Source: Veleropilina oligotropha
Taxonomy: Eukaryota
Assembly: GCA_048128005.1 (NCBI GenBank)
Contig: JBEUKZ010000029.1
Location: 62,001-126,000 of the forward strand
Length of the DNA stretch: 64,000 nt
Direction: 5' to 3'
The number at the start of each line of letters is the position of its first letter. Position 1 is the first letter of the stretch. Made by a program: the position numbers and the translations under genes. A model generated the notes under the pieces. That model was given only the letters and a program-made list of their open reading frames with translations. It was not told where the DNA came from and made no database searches. Shown one piece after another: positions 41,453 to 50,950 of the stretch.

Positions 41453-41534
41453 GGTTGTCCAGATATCACTGTCGATTTCTAGCTTTAATACGGGGGAGGA
41501 GGGGGGTAGTCGTGGCTACGCTCAACCTGGATAG

Positions 41535-42170
41535 TTAGTCGCCAGCTCCGATTTTTTTCAGCAGCTCTGCGCGACCCTCTTTACGACCACGCTCAATAAG
41601 CTCGCTCTGGGTCTGTGAAATTGCGGTGTGCGCCTTCCGACTCTTATCCCGAATTGATGCCTTCATGGCTTGGTATTTCTCCATCTCCCCTGTGACTAGT
41701 TGGAATTCATCATCAGACATCACCCCGTCCGCTAAGGCCTTTGAGACGTGGTCGGTTATGGTATTAAGCTTGCTGTCGGCCAGTACTCGAATCTCGTCGT
41801 GTTTCTTAGCCTTAACCTGGAGGCGTCGGCTGATATATTTCCCACCCATACTGGCGAGCCCACACCCTAATGCCGCTAATTCCAGCACTAGGACAACAGG
41901 TGCGGCAACGATTGTGGACAGTAGACCAATGCCGGCGCTACCCATACCAAGTGTGGCGACGACTAGTCCGTTATCTATCCCGTCAACGACGTTAACACCT
42001 CGGCGGTATTTTTTATATAGTGCAGCTCTTGTGTCTCTCTCTCGTTCTAACTGTCCCTGAAGCTCATTCACTTTTTGCAGTCGGAAAGACTGTGCCTCCG
42101 GAACTTCCGAAAGCACATCGCCATCAAGCTGTGGGTACAGCGTTGGCGCTGAGGGCTTGCTGTCCATCAT
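41535..42170 (-). CDS. Viral membrane protein with hydrophobic hairpin and N-terminal PSAP/LYPxL motifs (211 aa)
   Basis: PSAPTLYPQL; coiled coil; ~45-aa Gly/Ala-rich hydrophobic segment; charged helical C-terminus. Confidence 0.85.
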   Translation of the reverse strand: MMDSKPSAPTLYPQLDGDVLSEVPEAQSFRLQKVNELQGQLERERDTRAALYKKYRRGVNVVDGIDNGLVVATLGMGSAGIGLLSTIVAAPVVLVLELAALGCGLASMGGKYISRRLQVKAKKHDEIRVLADSKLNTITDHVSKALADGVMSDDEFQLVTGEMEKYQAMKASIRDKSRKAHTAISQTQSELIERGRKEGRAELLKKIGAGD

Positions 42171-42529
42171 ACGTGGCTGTATTGTTCAGCCTGTTGATTC
42201 CCAATGTCTACCGTAACGTTCAAATACAGAGTGCCCACCCACGGGGCCTTGATGGTGAAGGCGAGGGTCAACTTGTCCGAGTCCAGGCCAAGGCTATTTA
42301 TGGAACACGCTTTGGGGGCGCCCCCGGCCGGCTGGACTGGTGTCGTGTGGATCATTAGCAGGGCTGGGTTCAACCCAAAGCGACCTCCAGTGTTTGGAAT
42401 CCTGAACCCAGCCCTCGCCAGCCCCTTCTTGGGTGCTTCCCCACAATTAAGAACGAAGTGCCACCGGATCGCTGAAGGCTCTTCTGCGAGAAGGGGTGGG
42501 AGTGGGGTCCCATAGATGCTGATGCTCAT
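42167..42529 (-). CDS. Viral hypothetical protein (120 aa, beta-rich)
   Basis: Joined to both neighbouring genes by ATGA stop/start overlaps. Confidence 0.7.
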   Translation of the reverse strand: MSISIYGTPLPPLLAEEPSAIRWHFVLNCGEAPKKGLARAGFRIPNTGGRFGLNPALLMIHTTPVQPAGGAPKACSINSLGLDSDKLTLAFTIKAPWVGTLYLNVTVDIGNQQAEQYSHV

Positions 42530-43233
42530 TGTATCTCAAGGACTGCGGACATAGGCATACCGTGATTGTTGAGCGGGTTACCATCTGGGTCTGTGACGTA
42601 CACCTTCAACTCTGTGATTAGTCCGGCCTGCAGTCGCCGGACGGCGGGGTAGCTATGATAGTGGGCAGCTTCACCGAACATCTGCGACGTTATAGGGACC
42701 ACCGCGAGAATATTGCTAGGGGCGCCGTCCTTCACATTGTGTGTTGTACTGAGCTGCCCCAGGTGAACGTGTAGGGTCGCTGCAATGGCAAACCCGACAG
42801 GCTTGTTCCCATCATACGTCCCGGGGCGTAGCCATTGCGGCTCATCTGCAGGCTTGTTCTTGTCATAAGTCATAAGCAGCCACCACCCTGCAAGGGTGAA
42901 GCCGAGGAGCTTCCGTATATCGGTGCTGATCGCGAGTTGAGTCCCAGAGGGGACCACGAGTCGCGCGAGTCCAGTAGCACGGCTCACATCTAGCTGTATG
43001 TTAACTAGCGACCTCTTCATTGTCTTGGCGAGGGAATCGAAGCTGTAGAAACCCGGTGCCAAGTCGACCGTGGTATCCGGGGTCTTAAAGAATGCTCCAG
43101 CGTGCACGTTATGCCAGCCGACCCAGTAGTCGAACGAGCGCAGGACGACGCATAGTTTGCCTTCCCGGTTATCAATAGGCTGCAGGAGGGGAACCGCGGT
43201 CCCCTCTTGAACACTCGTTAATGTGTGGAACAT
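42526..43233 (-). CDS. Minor capsid protein (penton, single jelly-roll) candidate
   Basis: C-terminal LHVHLGQL...DGAPSNILAVVPI...ITELKVYVTDPDGNPLNNHGMPMSAVLEI matches the Polinton penton pattern. Confidence 0.8.
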   Translation of the reverse strand: MFHTLTSVQEGTAVPLLQPIDNREGKLCVVLRSFDYWVGWHNVHAGAFFKTPDTTVDLAPGFYSFDSLAKTMKRSLVNIQLDVSRATGLARLVVPSGTQLAISTDIRKLLGFTLAGWWLLMTYDKNKPADEPQWLRPGTYDGNKPVGFAIAATLHVHLGQLSTTHNVKDGAPSNILAVVPITSQMFGEAAHYHSYPAVRRLQAGLITELKVYVTDPDGNPLNNHGMPMSAVLEIQ

Positions 43234-43237
43234 AGCT

Positions 43238-44508
43238 ATGGCTAAGAGCGCCTTTGCGTTTAATGGGAGTGCGGCCTATCCGACCGGTGTGGTGTACCCA
43301 GCGAAGATCCAAGATGAGCAGCTTACAAAACCAAGCGTCGTTGTCTCCTCGTCTGAATCTCCGGCCTTCGGGGCAGACTACCCAGACGTCTTTCAAAAAT
43401 ACTGCCTCCCTCACGTCGCGAGTGATCGAGTGATCCAGGCCTGGCACAGTACACCGATGCGATTTTGGCAGAACAAGGTCAATTTCGCCGTCTGGTGTGC
43501 CACAACAGGTTCCGGGATCTCCTCAGAAGACCACTTGAATGCTACTGCAGCCCTCTCCAGAGCTGTATTCACCTTCCACGTATACTATCAGGTCAGAAGG
43601 ATCTTGACCGAAATTCAGGCGCCGCTGCCTCAAGACGTGACGTGGGATGCATTCGACACCCCGTATGACCGAAGGTCATATGAAAAGATCTGCAGCGAGT
43701 TTGGCGTCTCCCCACATACCGACTGGCGTGTCAAGGGTCCCAACGGCGGACTAGGCACCGCTTACAGCTACTGGACGAACAACGGCTACCACCCCATCGG
43801 ACGTGAGTATGATCCAAGCCGAATGTCCTTCACCAAAGGTACAACCAACACGAATTTGCATGTGGACTATATAGCACAGGATGCAGGCACTTCGTGGGCT
43901 ACTTTTATTCTGGACAGGTCAGTGGGGTTTACCCGGGCCGGCGTGGAGAGGCTCAATGACTCCATCAGGACCTACGTCTGGGCGATTCTTGGAGCGCAGG
44001 CGCAGACACGTGCAAGTATTCTGGGGAGTGGGACGGATTTGACGCACAGAAACAGTTTCTGGCCAACGTCGAAGACGCCATCGCATCCCCCGTTGACCTC
44101 CCATCAGCCATCAAACGGTACCAGGACGTTTTGCAGTATGCCAGGTCCAAGGTCGACTTCGTATTCGGCGTCGGCCTGTACATGGCGCCAAGTAACATGC
44201 TTCTACGGATCGGGCAGGTGGCTGGTTATAACAACGAGATCGTCGTCGCCACGGAAGACCAGACCCTAGGTCTTAATATGACGGTGAACGCGGCCAGTGT
44301 GCCGCTCAACGCCGCACGGGGTACCGGAGAAACAGGATTGGTTATTCCACAAGACTCAGATGCAAGCATACTGGTAGTCACTCTGAAGCATCCAAACGCT
44401 GAGCTGGCTGTAGCTGTTCCAGCGGTAGCTGTGGCACATGACGAGGAGAAAACCGCACTTATCGTGGGCGGCATTGTCGTTGGCCTAGCGTTCATCTGGC
44501 TTACGTGA
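43238..44508 (+). pseudogene. Viral ~423-aa protein with C-terminal TM anchor; 1-nt frameshift near 44036
   Basis: ORF 43223-44269 continues, if one base is restored, into FDAQKQFLANVEDAIASPVDLPSAIKRYQDVLQYARSK..., ending TALIVGGIVVGLAFIWLT. Confidence 0.75.
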
Positions 44509-45792
44509 CCCACTGTCTAGCGGCAATAAGAAGCAAGCCCCCAACAGATATAATCACAGCCCACAGATTCTCGGCGAGCCACGACGCAGTCTTGCCGACC
44601 AGGTTGATTAGCCAGGAGACAAGGCTTCCAAGTATTCCGGGGAGCGCGGCTGCGGCCTTCCCCGCTAGTTTGCCTAGAATCCTTCCCAGGTTCTGCAGCT
44701 GCTTTTTTACCCACTCCTTGACCCCCCCTGACCACTGGGAGGTGATGGTGGTTGTGGTATGCTCGGCGCTCCGCCTGTCAGGGCTTGTACCAAAGTCGAG
44801 ATGGCCAACCCAATAGCGGTCAGTATGGTTGCGATCGTAACCCCTTGCTCTCGGAAGAGGGTCCGAATACGCTCGGCCAGCGTTGTGTCTGTGTGGAGAA
44901 TCCGATCTAGCATCTCTCGGATCCGGCTGATTTGAGAGCGTAGGGCTTCCCGGCTTGATGAGGCTGCCTCTAGGCGAGCTTCTCGTTCATCCTGTAAGTT
45001 GCGCAGACGTTCCGCGATCCGTCGACGAATAAACTCATCCACACCGCCCTCTTCATCGGCCCGATCGAGCTTGCTCTTCTCCAGCTCTATGTGTTCGTCC
45101 AGCGCCGTTAGTTTGGCTAGATTGTTAGTGAGCTCGCCTCGGATGGTCTGCATCGCCTTGTCAAGTCCGCGAAGCTCGCGGAGGTTTAATGGAGGGTCCC
45201 CCATCGTGCCTAAGATCTCTTCAACCTCGGTATCAGTGAATTTCGTCTCCATCGTGTGGATTGCTACCGAGGCATCAGTAGCAGTCTGCCCCAAGTCCCG
45301 CAGTTCTACGTTTTCGACGTTAGCGGCTGCACCGCTCAACTCGTTGTCGGCTGTCTGCAGAGCTGCAACCGCTTTTGAGGACAGCTTCTGTCCCCCTTTC
45401 CCCCGCTTCTCTGGCCGCGTCCATGCTTCGAATCCCAACCCTTTTCTGATCGCACTACCCCCACCTCTCCGGTTAGCTAGTGTTGACAAAGCAATGGGTT
45501 TTTTCGATCTAGAATTGATGAGATCGATGTTTGGATATTTCTTCAGCCGCAATCCCTCCCCCTCGACGTACTCGAACTGGGAATAATCACGCCACGTAGG
45601 CAAGGTCTGCCCCTCCTCCGACAGGGCTTTGTAGTAGTCATCAACCGCGTCCTTCACGAACTCTTGCCGCTGACTGCTGGTTCATTCCTGTGGCCGTTCC
45701 GAAAGAACAGGCTCAATCCAGTCCGTGGATCCAACCTCACCATCATCGTCGATGATGTCGGGCTCGAATGTGGGGTTCTCAAATTCCGCCAT
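44501..45792 (-). pseudogene. Viral ~430-aa coiled-coil protein with C-terminal hydrophobic/amphipathic helices
   Basis: ATG at 45792 (MAEFENPTF), in-frame TGA at 45684-45682, ORF 44707-45657, then a frameshift in the G7 run (44722-44728) into VKEWVKKQLQNLGRILGKLAGKAAAALPGILGSLVSWLINLVG...LWAVIISVGGLLLIAARQWVT. Confidence 0.75.
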
Positions 45793-45834
45793 TTGAATAC
45801 ACCGGTGGGGTACGCATCTAATGCAGACAACAAC

Positions 45835-47220
45835 ATGTCCAGCACGTACGGACGCACGTTGGATCCATACCGCAGACTTCGAGAGCCCCTCGGGGTCAAG
45901 GGTATCCGGCAGTCGGTCACGATAACGAACAACCCATCCACTATTGCTGCAAACCAACAACTGCTGGTTCGGTTTCCCAACCTCGGGGCTCACGACGTAA
46001 TCGTGCCAGGGACGGCCCACCTCGCATTTACCATTTCTCTGACCTCGGCTAACCCGAACAGAACTGTAGTTCAGAATATCGGACGCGCCGTGATCAAAAA
46101 GACCACGATTAAGATTAGTGGGAATGAAGTCATGTCTATAGATGACTCCGACGTGTACCACTGCTACTGCGATCTCTGGAAAACCGCAGGGGAGCGCACG
46201 AATGCCCAATATCAGGGTATTGATACCAGCGACAGCCACAACACTACGAAGAATCGTGTCGGCGCGGCAGACGCCTTCAGAAAGTCTGAGGACGTTGCCA
46301 TCTCGGACGCTTACGGTCCGAGGTTCCGCATCCCGCTGGACTTCGAGTTGCTGGAGAGCCACATGCCGTTCTACCAAAGTGCGTTGGGGGACCGTCTTGA
46401 GTACGAGCTTACGTTCAACGACTACTCCCGGACCATCAGGGACACCGATGACCCCAGCTCCAGCTACGTCATCGACAATATCAGCCTGGAATACGACATG
46501 GTCACTAATCTTGAGCTTGCCAGATCGATAAAAAACCAATACTCGGGCCGCCTCACTATCCTGTACGATCGTGTCCTGCGGCATCGTAAGATCACCAGAG
46601 ACAAGAGTGACACTTTGTGGAATTTAAATTTGAATGTACCGGCGAAATCCATGAAGGGAATTTTACTGCTGTTTGAGGATCCCACGAGAGACGCCGCACC
46701 ATTCGCGAGGGACACCGAGGCCTTCTACAATCCGAAGATCACGAAGGTCGAGGTCACCATTGAGGGTGTGCCGAATCAAATATACAGCCAGGGCATGCGT
46801 TCCTACCAGATGTGGGACGAAGCCAGGAGATTCTTCGCCTCCTCCCCAAGCAGCAAGCGCCATCCTGAGGTGGCGTTGGTTGCCAAGGATTTGGAATTGG
46901 CGGACGTCACCCTGGGCCAGTTTCTGACTAAGAAGTTCGCCTTATTGATCGACCTCAGGGTCACCGACGACGACCAGCTGCATGGGTCAGGCCGGAAAGT
47001 AGATAACGCCAGCGAGGGCATCACCATCCAGATAACTAAGACGGGTGAAGCAGCCGGCCCGTTGAATGTCTACGTGTTCGTGATAATGGACGCGCAACTG
47101 CATATTCAGGATGGACGCTTTGTCACCGCACTATACTCAAAGGTTGCCGCACACCAAGGACCCCCACTCCGCGATCATCTGCGGCCAGACGGGCTGTGGG
47201 AAGACGGTTTTCATGCTTGA
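45835..47220 (+). CDS. Major capsid protein (double jelly-roll) candidate
   Basis: Beta-strand-rich ~430-460 aa ORF directly upstream of the packaging ATPase; likely start ACAACATG at 45835; the last ~28 codons overlap the ATPase and may reflect a lost stop. Confidence 0.75.
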   Translation: MSSTYGRTLDPYRRLREPLGVKGIRQSVTITNNPSTIAANQQLLVRFPNLGAHDVIVPGTAHLAFTISLTSANPNRTVVQNIGRAVIKKTTIKISGNEVMSIDDSDVYHCYCDLWKTAGERTNAQYQGIDTSDSHNTTKNRVGAADAFRKSEDVAISDAYGPRFRIPLDFELLESHMPFYQSALGDRLEYELTFNDYSRTIRDTDDPSSSYVIDNISLEYDMVTNLELARSIKNQYSGRLTILYDRVLRHRKITRDKSDTLWNLNLNVPAKSMKGILLLFEDPTRDAAPFARDTEAFYNPKITKVEVTIEGVPNQIYSQGMRSYQMWDEARRFFASSPSSKRHPEVALVAKDLELADVTLGQFLTKKFALLIDLRVTDDDQLHGSGRKVDNASEGITIQITKTGEAAGPLNVYVFVIMDAQLHIQDGRFVTALYSKVAAHQGPPLRDHLRPDGLWEDGFHA

Positions 47221-47743
47221 ACTTCTGGAGGGGGAGTACCTAGGAGCGTTCCGGCATATTGTGATCCTCTGCCACACGATCAAGTACAACAAAGCATACC
47301 AGTCCTGTCCATGGATCTGGACTGACCCTGAGGTGTACTTGATCCCCCCCGGTGAGCGACTCCATGACTGGTTGCGGGGGTTCTACCGGCTGTTTCAGGG
47401 GGAACCGACTCTGTACATCATTGACGACTGCGCCGCCAGCAAAGCCCTAGCAAAGAGAAGGGACATGCTGACTTTGTTGGCCTTCAGCGGAAGACACGCC
47501 GAACAGAGCGTATGGGTAGTGACGCAAAAGTACAACGCAGTCTTGAAGGAGCTCAGAGAGCAGACCCGTTGGGTCGCGCTGTTCCATTGCAAGGACCGCG
47601 ATAGCTTTGAAGACTGTCTCCGCGAGAACGATGTTATCTCATCCTGCGACGAGAGAACCGCAGTGCGCCGGCTTTTGTCCGAGACCCGACACACAAAGCT
47701 TCTGTTGAAAACTGATCAGCCCGTTGCTTATAGTGTGCTATAG
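47111..47743 (+). CDS. A32-like (FtsK-HerA) genome packaging ATPase
   Basis: Walker A GQTGCGKT, Walker B LYIIDD, SGRH arginine-finger motif, VVTQ sensor. Confidence 0.92.
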   Translation: MDALSPHYTQRLPHTKDPHSAIICGQTGCGKTVFMLELLEGEYLGAFRHIVILCHTIKYNKAYQSCPWIWTDPEVYLIPPGERLHDWLRGFYRLFQGEPTLYIIDDCAASKALAKRRDMLTLLAFSGRHAEQSVWVVTQKYNAVLKELREQTRWVALFHCKDRDSFEDCLRENDVISSCDERTAVRRLLSETRHTKLLLKTDQPVAYSVL

Positions 47744-47796
47744 CAGCTACTTGGCTAGCCCTAACATCTACTTAGCAGCTACTTAGCTAGCTAGGC

Positions 47797-48543
47797 ATGT
47801 CGGACGCTGTATACATAGCTTTTGCTTGCAGCCAAAGCCTGACGTTGCTGCTACTCGTAACATTGTGGTATTGGCATTATCGCTATATTAGACTGGCGAG
47901 GAGATGTTGGAAACGCTTAAGGATGGACAGCCTCATCGATCAACTCATGGATGACGAGGAAGAAACGACCGTCTGCCAGGGCCCCCCACCCCGCTCGACG
48001 ACCGAACGTGGCGAGGAACCTGAAACTGGCGTAGCAAAGAAACGGGAGAGGCTTGCAGCATTAGCCGTTGGAGGACAGGCCCACCGATACATGGGGCGCA
48101 ACCTCATGGTTGACCGAATCGACGATATGACTGACGACGAGGTTGAGAAACACCATGCACGGTATGAAGCCAAGCTCGGTGCTGACATGACGAAGACCCT
48201 GGGGACTGCCGCTATACAGCTGTATGCGGGTGCAGCTGGGATGTTCTTGCCCATTCCGCCGGAGAACCAGCTACGACTGGTCGCTGACCTCGAGGCCGAC
48301 CCTTTCATCTCACATGCCCTGAGCACTGCAAGCTGTGAGCTGTATTATAAATATGGCATGTACCTCGCACCGCTGACCACCGTGTTGACCACTGCGAAAC
48401 ACTGCCAATTTGGACATGTTTGCCCGCCTAAAATATCAGAGCGAGAGCGAGATCAAGATGACAACGCCGAAAGTGGACCAAATTTCGGCACCGAGCCCGC
48501 CGACAGAGAGGGTGACTTCTTCGACAGACTCATCAGTGAGTAA
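47797..48543 (+). CDS. Viral hypothetical protein with N-terminal TM segment (alternative start 47923)
   Basis: LTLLLLVTLWYWHY followed by basic residues; helical body. Confidence 0.7.
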   Translation: MSDAVYIAFACSQSLTLLLLVTLWYWHYRYIRLARRCWKRLRMDSLIDQLMDDEEETTVCQGPPPRSTTERGEEPETGVAKKRERLAALAVGGQAHRYMGRNLMVDRIDDMTDDEVEKHHARYEAKLGADMTKTLGTAAIQLYAGAAGMFLPIPPENQLRLVADLEADPFISHALSTASCELYYKYGMYLAPLTTVLTTAKHCQFGHVCPPKISERERDQDDNAESGPNFGTEPADREGDFFDRLISE

Positions 48544-48967
48544 AAAGGACCCTAAGAAGGTGGCTGCAGGGAGGGCCGGTGCTGCTGCTCGGAAAGTCAA
48601 GCAGGAGAGGCTCCTTGCTGACGTTAGAAGACTCAAAGAAGACGCTCGACAAGTATCCGTCAGCGAAGTTCCTTCAGACCTACCGGAGGCACAGCCCCAA
48701 CAAAAACACAGTGGTGCCCCGGCCAAGGTGACCGTGGTCGAAAAGTCAGCTACACGGAAATCGGACCCATTTAATTGGACCCAGGTAGCCGTTGCTGCCG
48801 GTACGGTTGCATTGGTATTTGTTGTCTGGAAGACGTCCTCAGAACACAGCAACCCTGGTCCATCCACACCACATCAACAGCCACCAGCACAGGCGAGGCA
48901 GCCATCTGTCCCCACCCCAACCACCACCGAATTGAAGAATGAGCACAACCCGTTCCATATGCGATAG
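48458..48967 (+). CDS. Viral low-complexity protein with one TM segment
   Basis: KKDPKKVAAGRAGAAARK basic motif; WTQVAVAAGTVALVFVVWK hydrophobic segment. Confidence 0.7.
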   Translation: MTTPKVDQISAPSPPTERVTSSTDSSVSKKDPKKVAAGRAGAAARKVKQERLLADVRRLKEDARQVSVSEVPSDLPEAQPQQKHSGAPAKVTVVEKSATRKSDPFNWTQVAVAAGTVALVFVVWKTSSEHSNPGPSTPHQQPPAQARQPSVPTPTTTELKNEHNPFHMR

Positions 48968-48979
48968 TCTCAGTACAAC

Positions 48980-49219
48980 ATGACTACCCCGATTACTGAC
49001 GGAAAGATGCTCGGCAATGCCGTCTATCACGCAGCTATCGTGTCCGGCCTTGCCATAGGCTACGCACGCCTGGGAAAAATGGTCTTCAAGGGAGCGAGCC
49101 CCAAGCTGGACTTCACGGGGTACGATGTCGGGATGGTCGTCCTCGACGTAGCGCTCGCCATGGCGACGAAAGATATGCTGATCAAGCAAGGCATCATTCC
49201 GGCCGACGTTTTGAAGTAG
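48980..49219 (+). CDS. Small hydrophobic viral protein (79 aa)
   Basis: ACAACATG start context; two hydrophobic helices. Confidence 0.75.
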   Translation: MTTPITDGKMLGNAVYHAAIVSGLAIGYARLGKMVFKGASPKLDFTGYDVGMVVLDVALAMATKDMLIKQGIIPADVLK

Positions 49220-49250
49220 TGTGACCTTGCTAGATAATCGCAGCATTTCA

Positions 49251-49653
49251 ATGGCTTCCATTGCGATGCTGGTTGGGGGCGCTCTCGTCAACGCCCTCGC
49301 CTTCAGCGGCTCCAACTTCCTCTTCTCGAAGCTACGCAGCTCCGGTGTTGATGCGGAGCGTAAACGTCACGACATAGCTGTAGAGCAGCTCAACGCCGCT
49401 CAGACTAAATGGTCCCAAAAGAGGGCAGAGCGTCTCGACTGGCTGAACGTTGAACTTCCGGGATGTTGACGCCACGATCCGTGAGTATGCCTTGATCACC
49501 GGCAAGAAACTTGACCCCACCGCTGTGGGAGGTGGCCCTGAGCCCCAGCTGTCCGACTACTACACGCCGAGCGATGACCAAAAGGGACGTGAGATCACCT
49601 TCATCATCCTCGGGATGGCTGCGACCGGGTTGGTAGCCTACAAGCTCGCCTAA
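49251..49653 (+). pseudogene. Small viral membrane protein, frameshifted near 49452
   Basis: MASIAMLVGGALVNALAFSGSNFLF...ERLDWLNVE in one frame and FRDVDATIREY...ITFIILGMAATGLVAYKLA in another. Confidence 0.7.
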
Positions 49654-49692
49654 TTTCCATGTTTGGACATTTTTTCGTGGGCATGTATAGTA

Positions 49693-49974
49693 ATGGGGCT
49701 CCCAGAAGAGCTGTACTGCGCTATGCTTGCGGTCGGCTATAGTACTACGTTACTCGACTGCTGGCACCGCGACGAAAAGACTATGGTGCGGTTCGCGGTC
49801 CTGGTGCTCTCGGGCCCGACCAACCTTTGGGAGACGACTGCGCAGCGACCGGCTCCGGAAGCTGAAGCCTGTTGGAGACTGATCAGTTTACTGGAATACA
49901 TTGCCAGTCTCGATGGCAGCGAAGACCGGCAAAAGAACTCGAGGGCGCGGAATGAACCGGAAGCTTGCGAATAG
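49693..49974 (+). CDS. Viral hypothetical protein (93 aa)
   Basis: Fills the gap between the membrane gene and the integrase on the same strand; no motif recognised. Confidence 0.45.
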   Translation: MGLPEELYCAMLAVGYSTTLLDCWHRDEKTMVRFAVLVLSGPTNLWETTAQRPAPEAEACWRLISLLEYIASLDGSEDRQKNSRARNEPEACE

Positions 49975-50950
49975 CTACTATAGCCCCCGAGGCTACTGGA
50001 AAGGGATCGCCGCGATAAAACATCTCTCGGCCGCGGTAGATGTCTCTGAAGACGTGGCCCGGGATTGGCTGAAGAAGCAGGCCATCTGGCAAATCTATTT
50101 ACCTGCGCCACGGCGGATTCCAAGACCAAAATTCAACGTCGAAACGCCGAACGAGGTTCACCAAGCCGACCTCCTGTTTCTCCCACATGACAAGGTCGGT
50201 CGTAAAACGTACAAGTACGCTCTGACTGTGGTTGATGTGGCCAGTCGCTATAAAGAAGCTGAGCCTCTGGCCACAAAAGAGGCCAAAGGGGTTGCTGAAG
50301 CTCTGTCTCGAATCTACAGGCGGAGCCCTCTTAGCTGGCCGAAACTGCTTCAAGTCGACCCAGGGAGGGAGTTCATGGGTGCGGTTTCCCAGCTGCTGGC
50401 TACACATAACGTCGGGGTTAGGCGTGGCCGTGTGGATCTCCATCGCGATCAAGGCATTGTGGAGCGCTTCAACCGGACGCTCGCTGAGCGGCTCTTCGGG
50501 CACCAGTATGCAAAAGAGATGCGGTTTGCAGAGTCTGCGAAAGAGGGTCAAAGGTCGACTGAGTGGGTCGCCCGGTTAGCAGCTGTAGTTGCAGCCTTGA
50601 ATGGGGAAGTGACCAGGCTGACCGGTAAAAAGCCCAAGGACGCCATCATGGCACCTCGCGTTGCCCAAAAGCCAGGCGCCACTGTTCCAGGCCGACAGGG
50701 GAAGGAACAGAAACTCCCCTCTGGCGTAGATGTTCGCTACCTATACCAACCCGGTGAGTTGGAGGGGGGTCGTCGCCGTGCTACTGACCCGGTGTGGTCT
50801 TTGACGGTTCACAGGCTTGGACGCTCCGTCACTAAGCCTGACGAGCCTGTGCTCTACTACTTGCTGGATGGACCACCGCGTGGCTTCGTTCAAGAGGAAC
50901 TTCTCGTGGTGCCTCGTGACACCCAGCTGCCGCCGGTTCTCAGGCGTTAA
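49952..50950 (+). CDS. Retroviral-like (rve) DDE integrase
   Basis: YYSPRGY N-terminus; HQADLLFL (D), LTVVDVASRY, LQVDPGREF (D), QGIVERFNRTL (E); frame intact. Confidence 0.95.
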   Translation: MNRKLANSYYSPRGYWKGIAAIKHLSAAVDVSEDVARDWLKKQAIWQIYLPAPRRIPRPKFNVETPNEVHQADLLFLPHDKVGRKTYKYALTVVDVASRYKEAEPLATKEAKGVAEALSRIYRRSPLSWPKLLQVDPGREFMGAVSQLLATHNVGVRRGRVDLHRDQGIVERFNRTLAERLFGHQYAKEMRFAESAKEGQRSTEWVARLAAVVAALNGEVTRLTGKKPKDAIMAPRVAQKPGATVPGRQGKEQKLPSGVDVRYLYQPGELEGGRRRATDPVWSLTVHRLGRSVTKPDEPVLYYLLDGPPRGFVQEELLVVPRDTQLPPVLRR

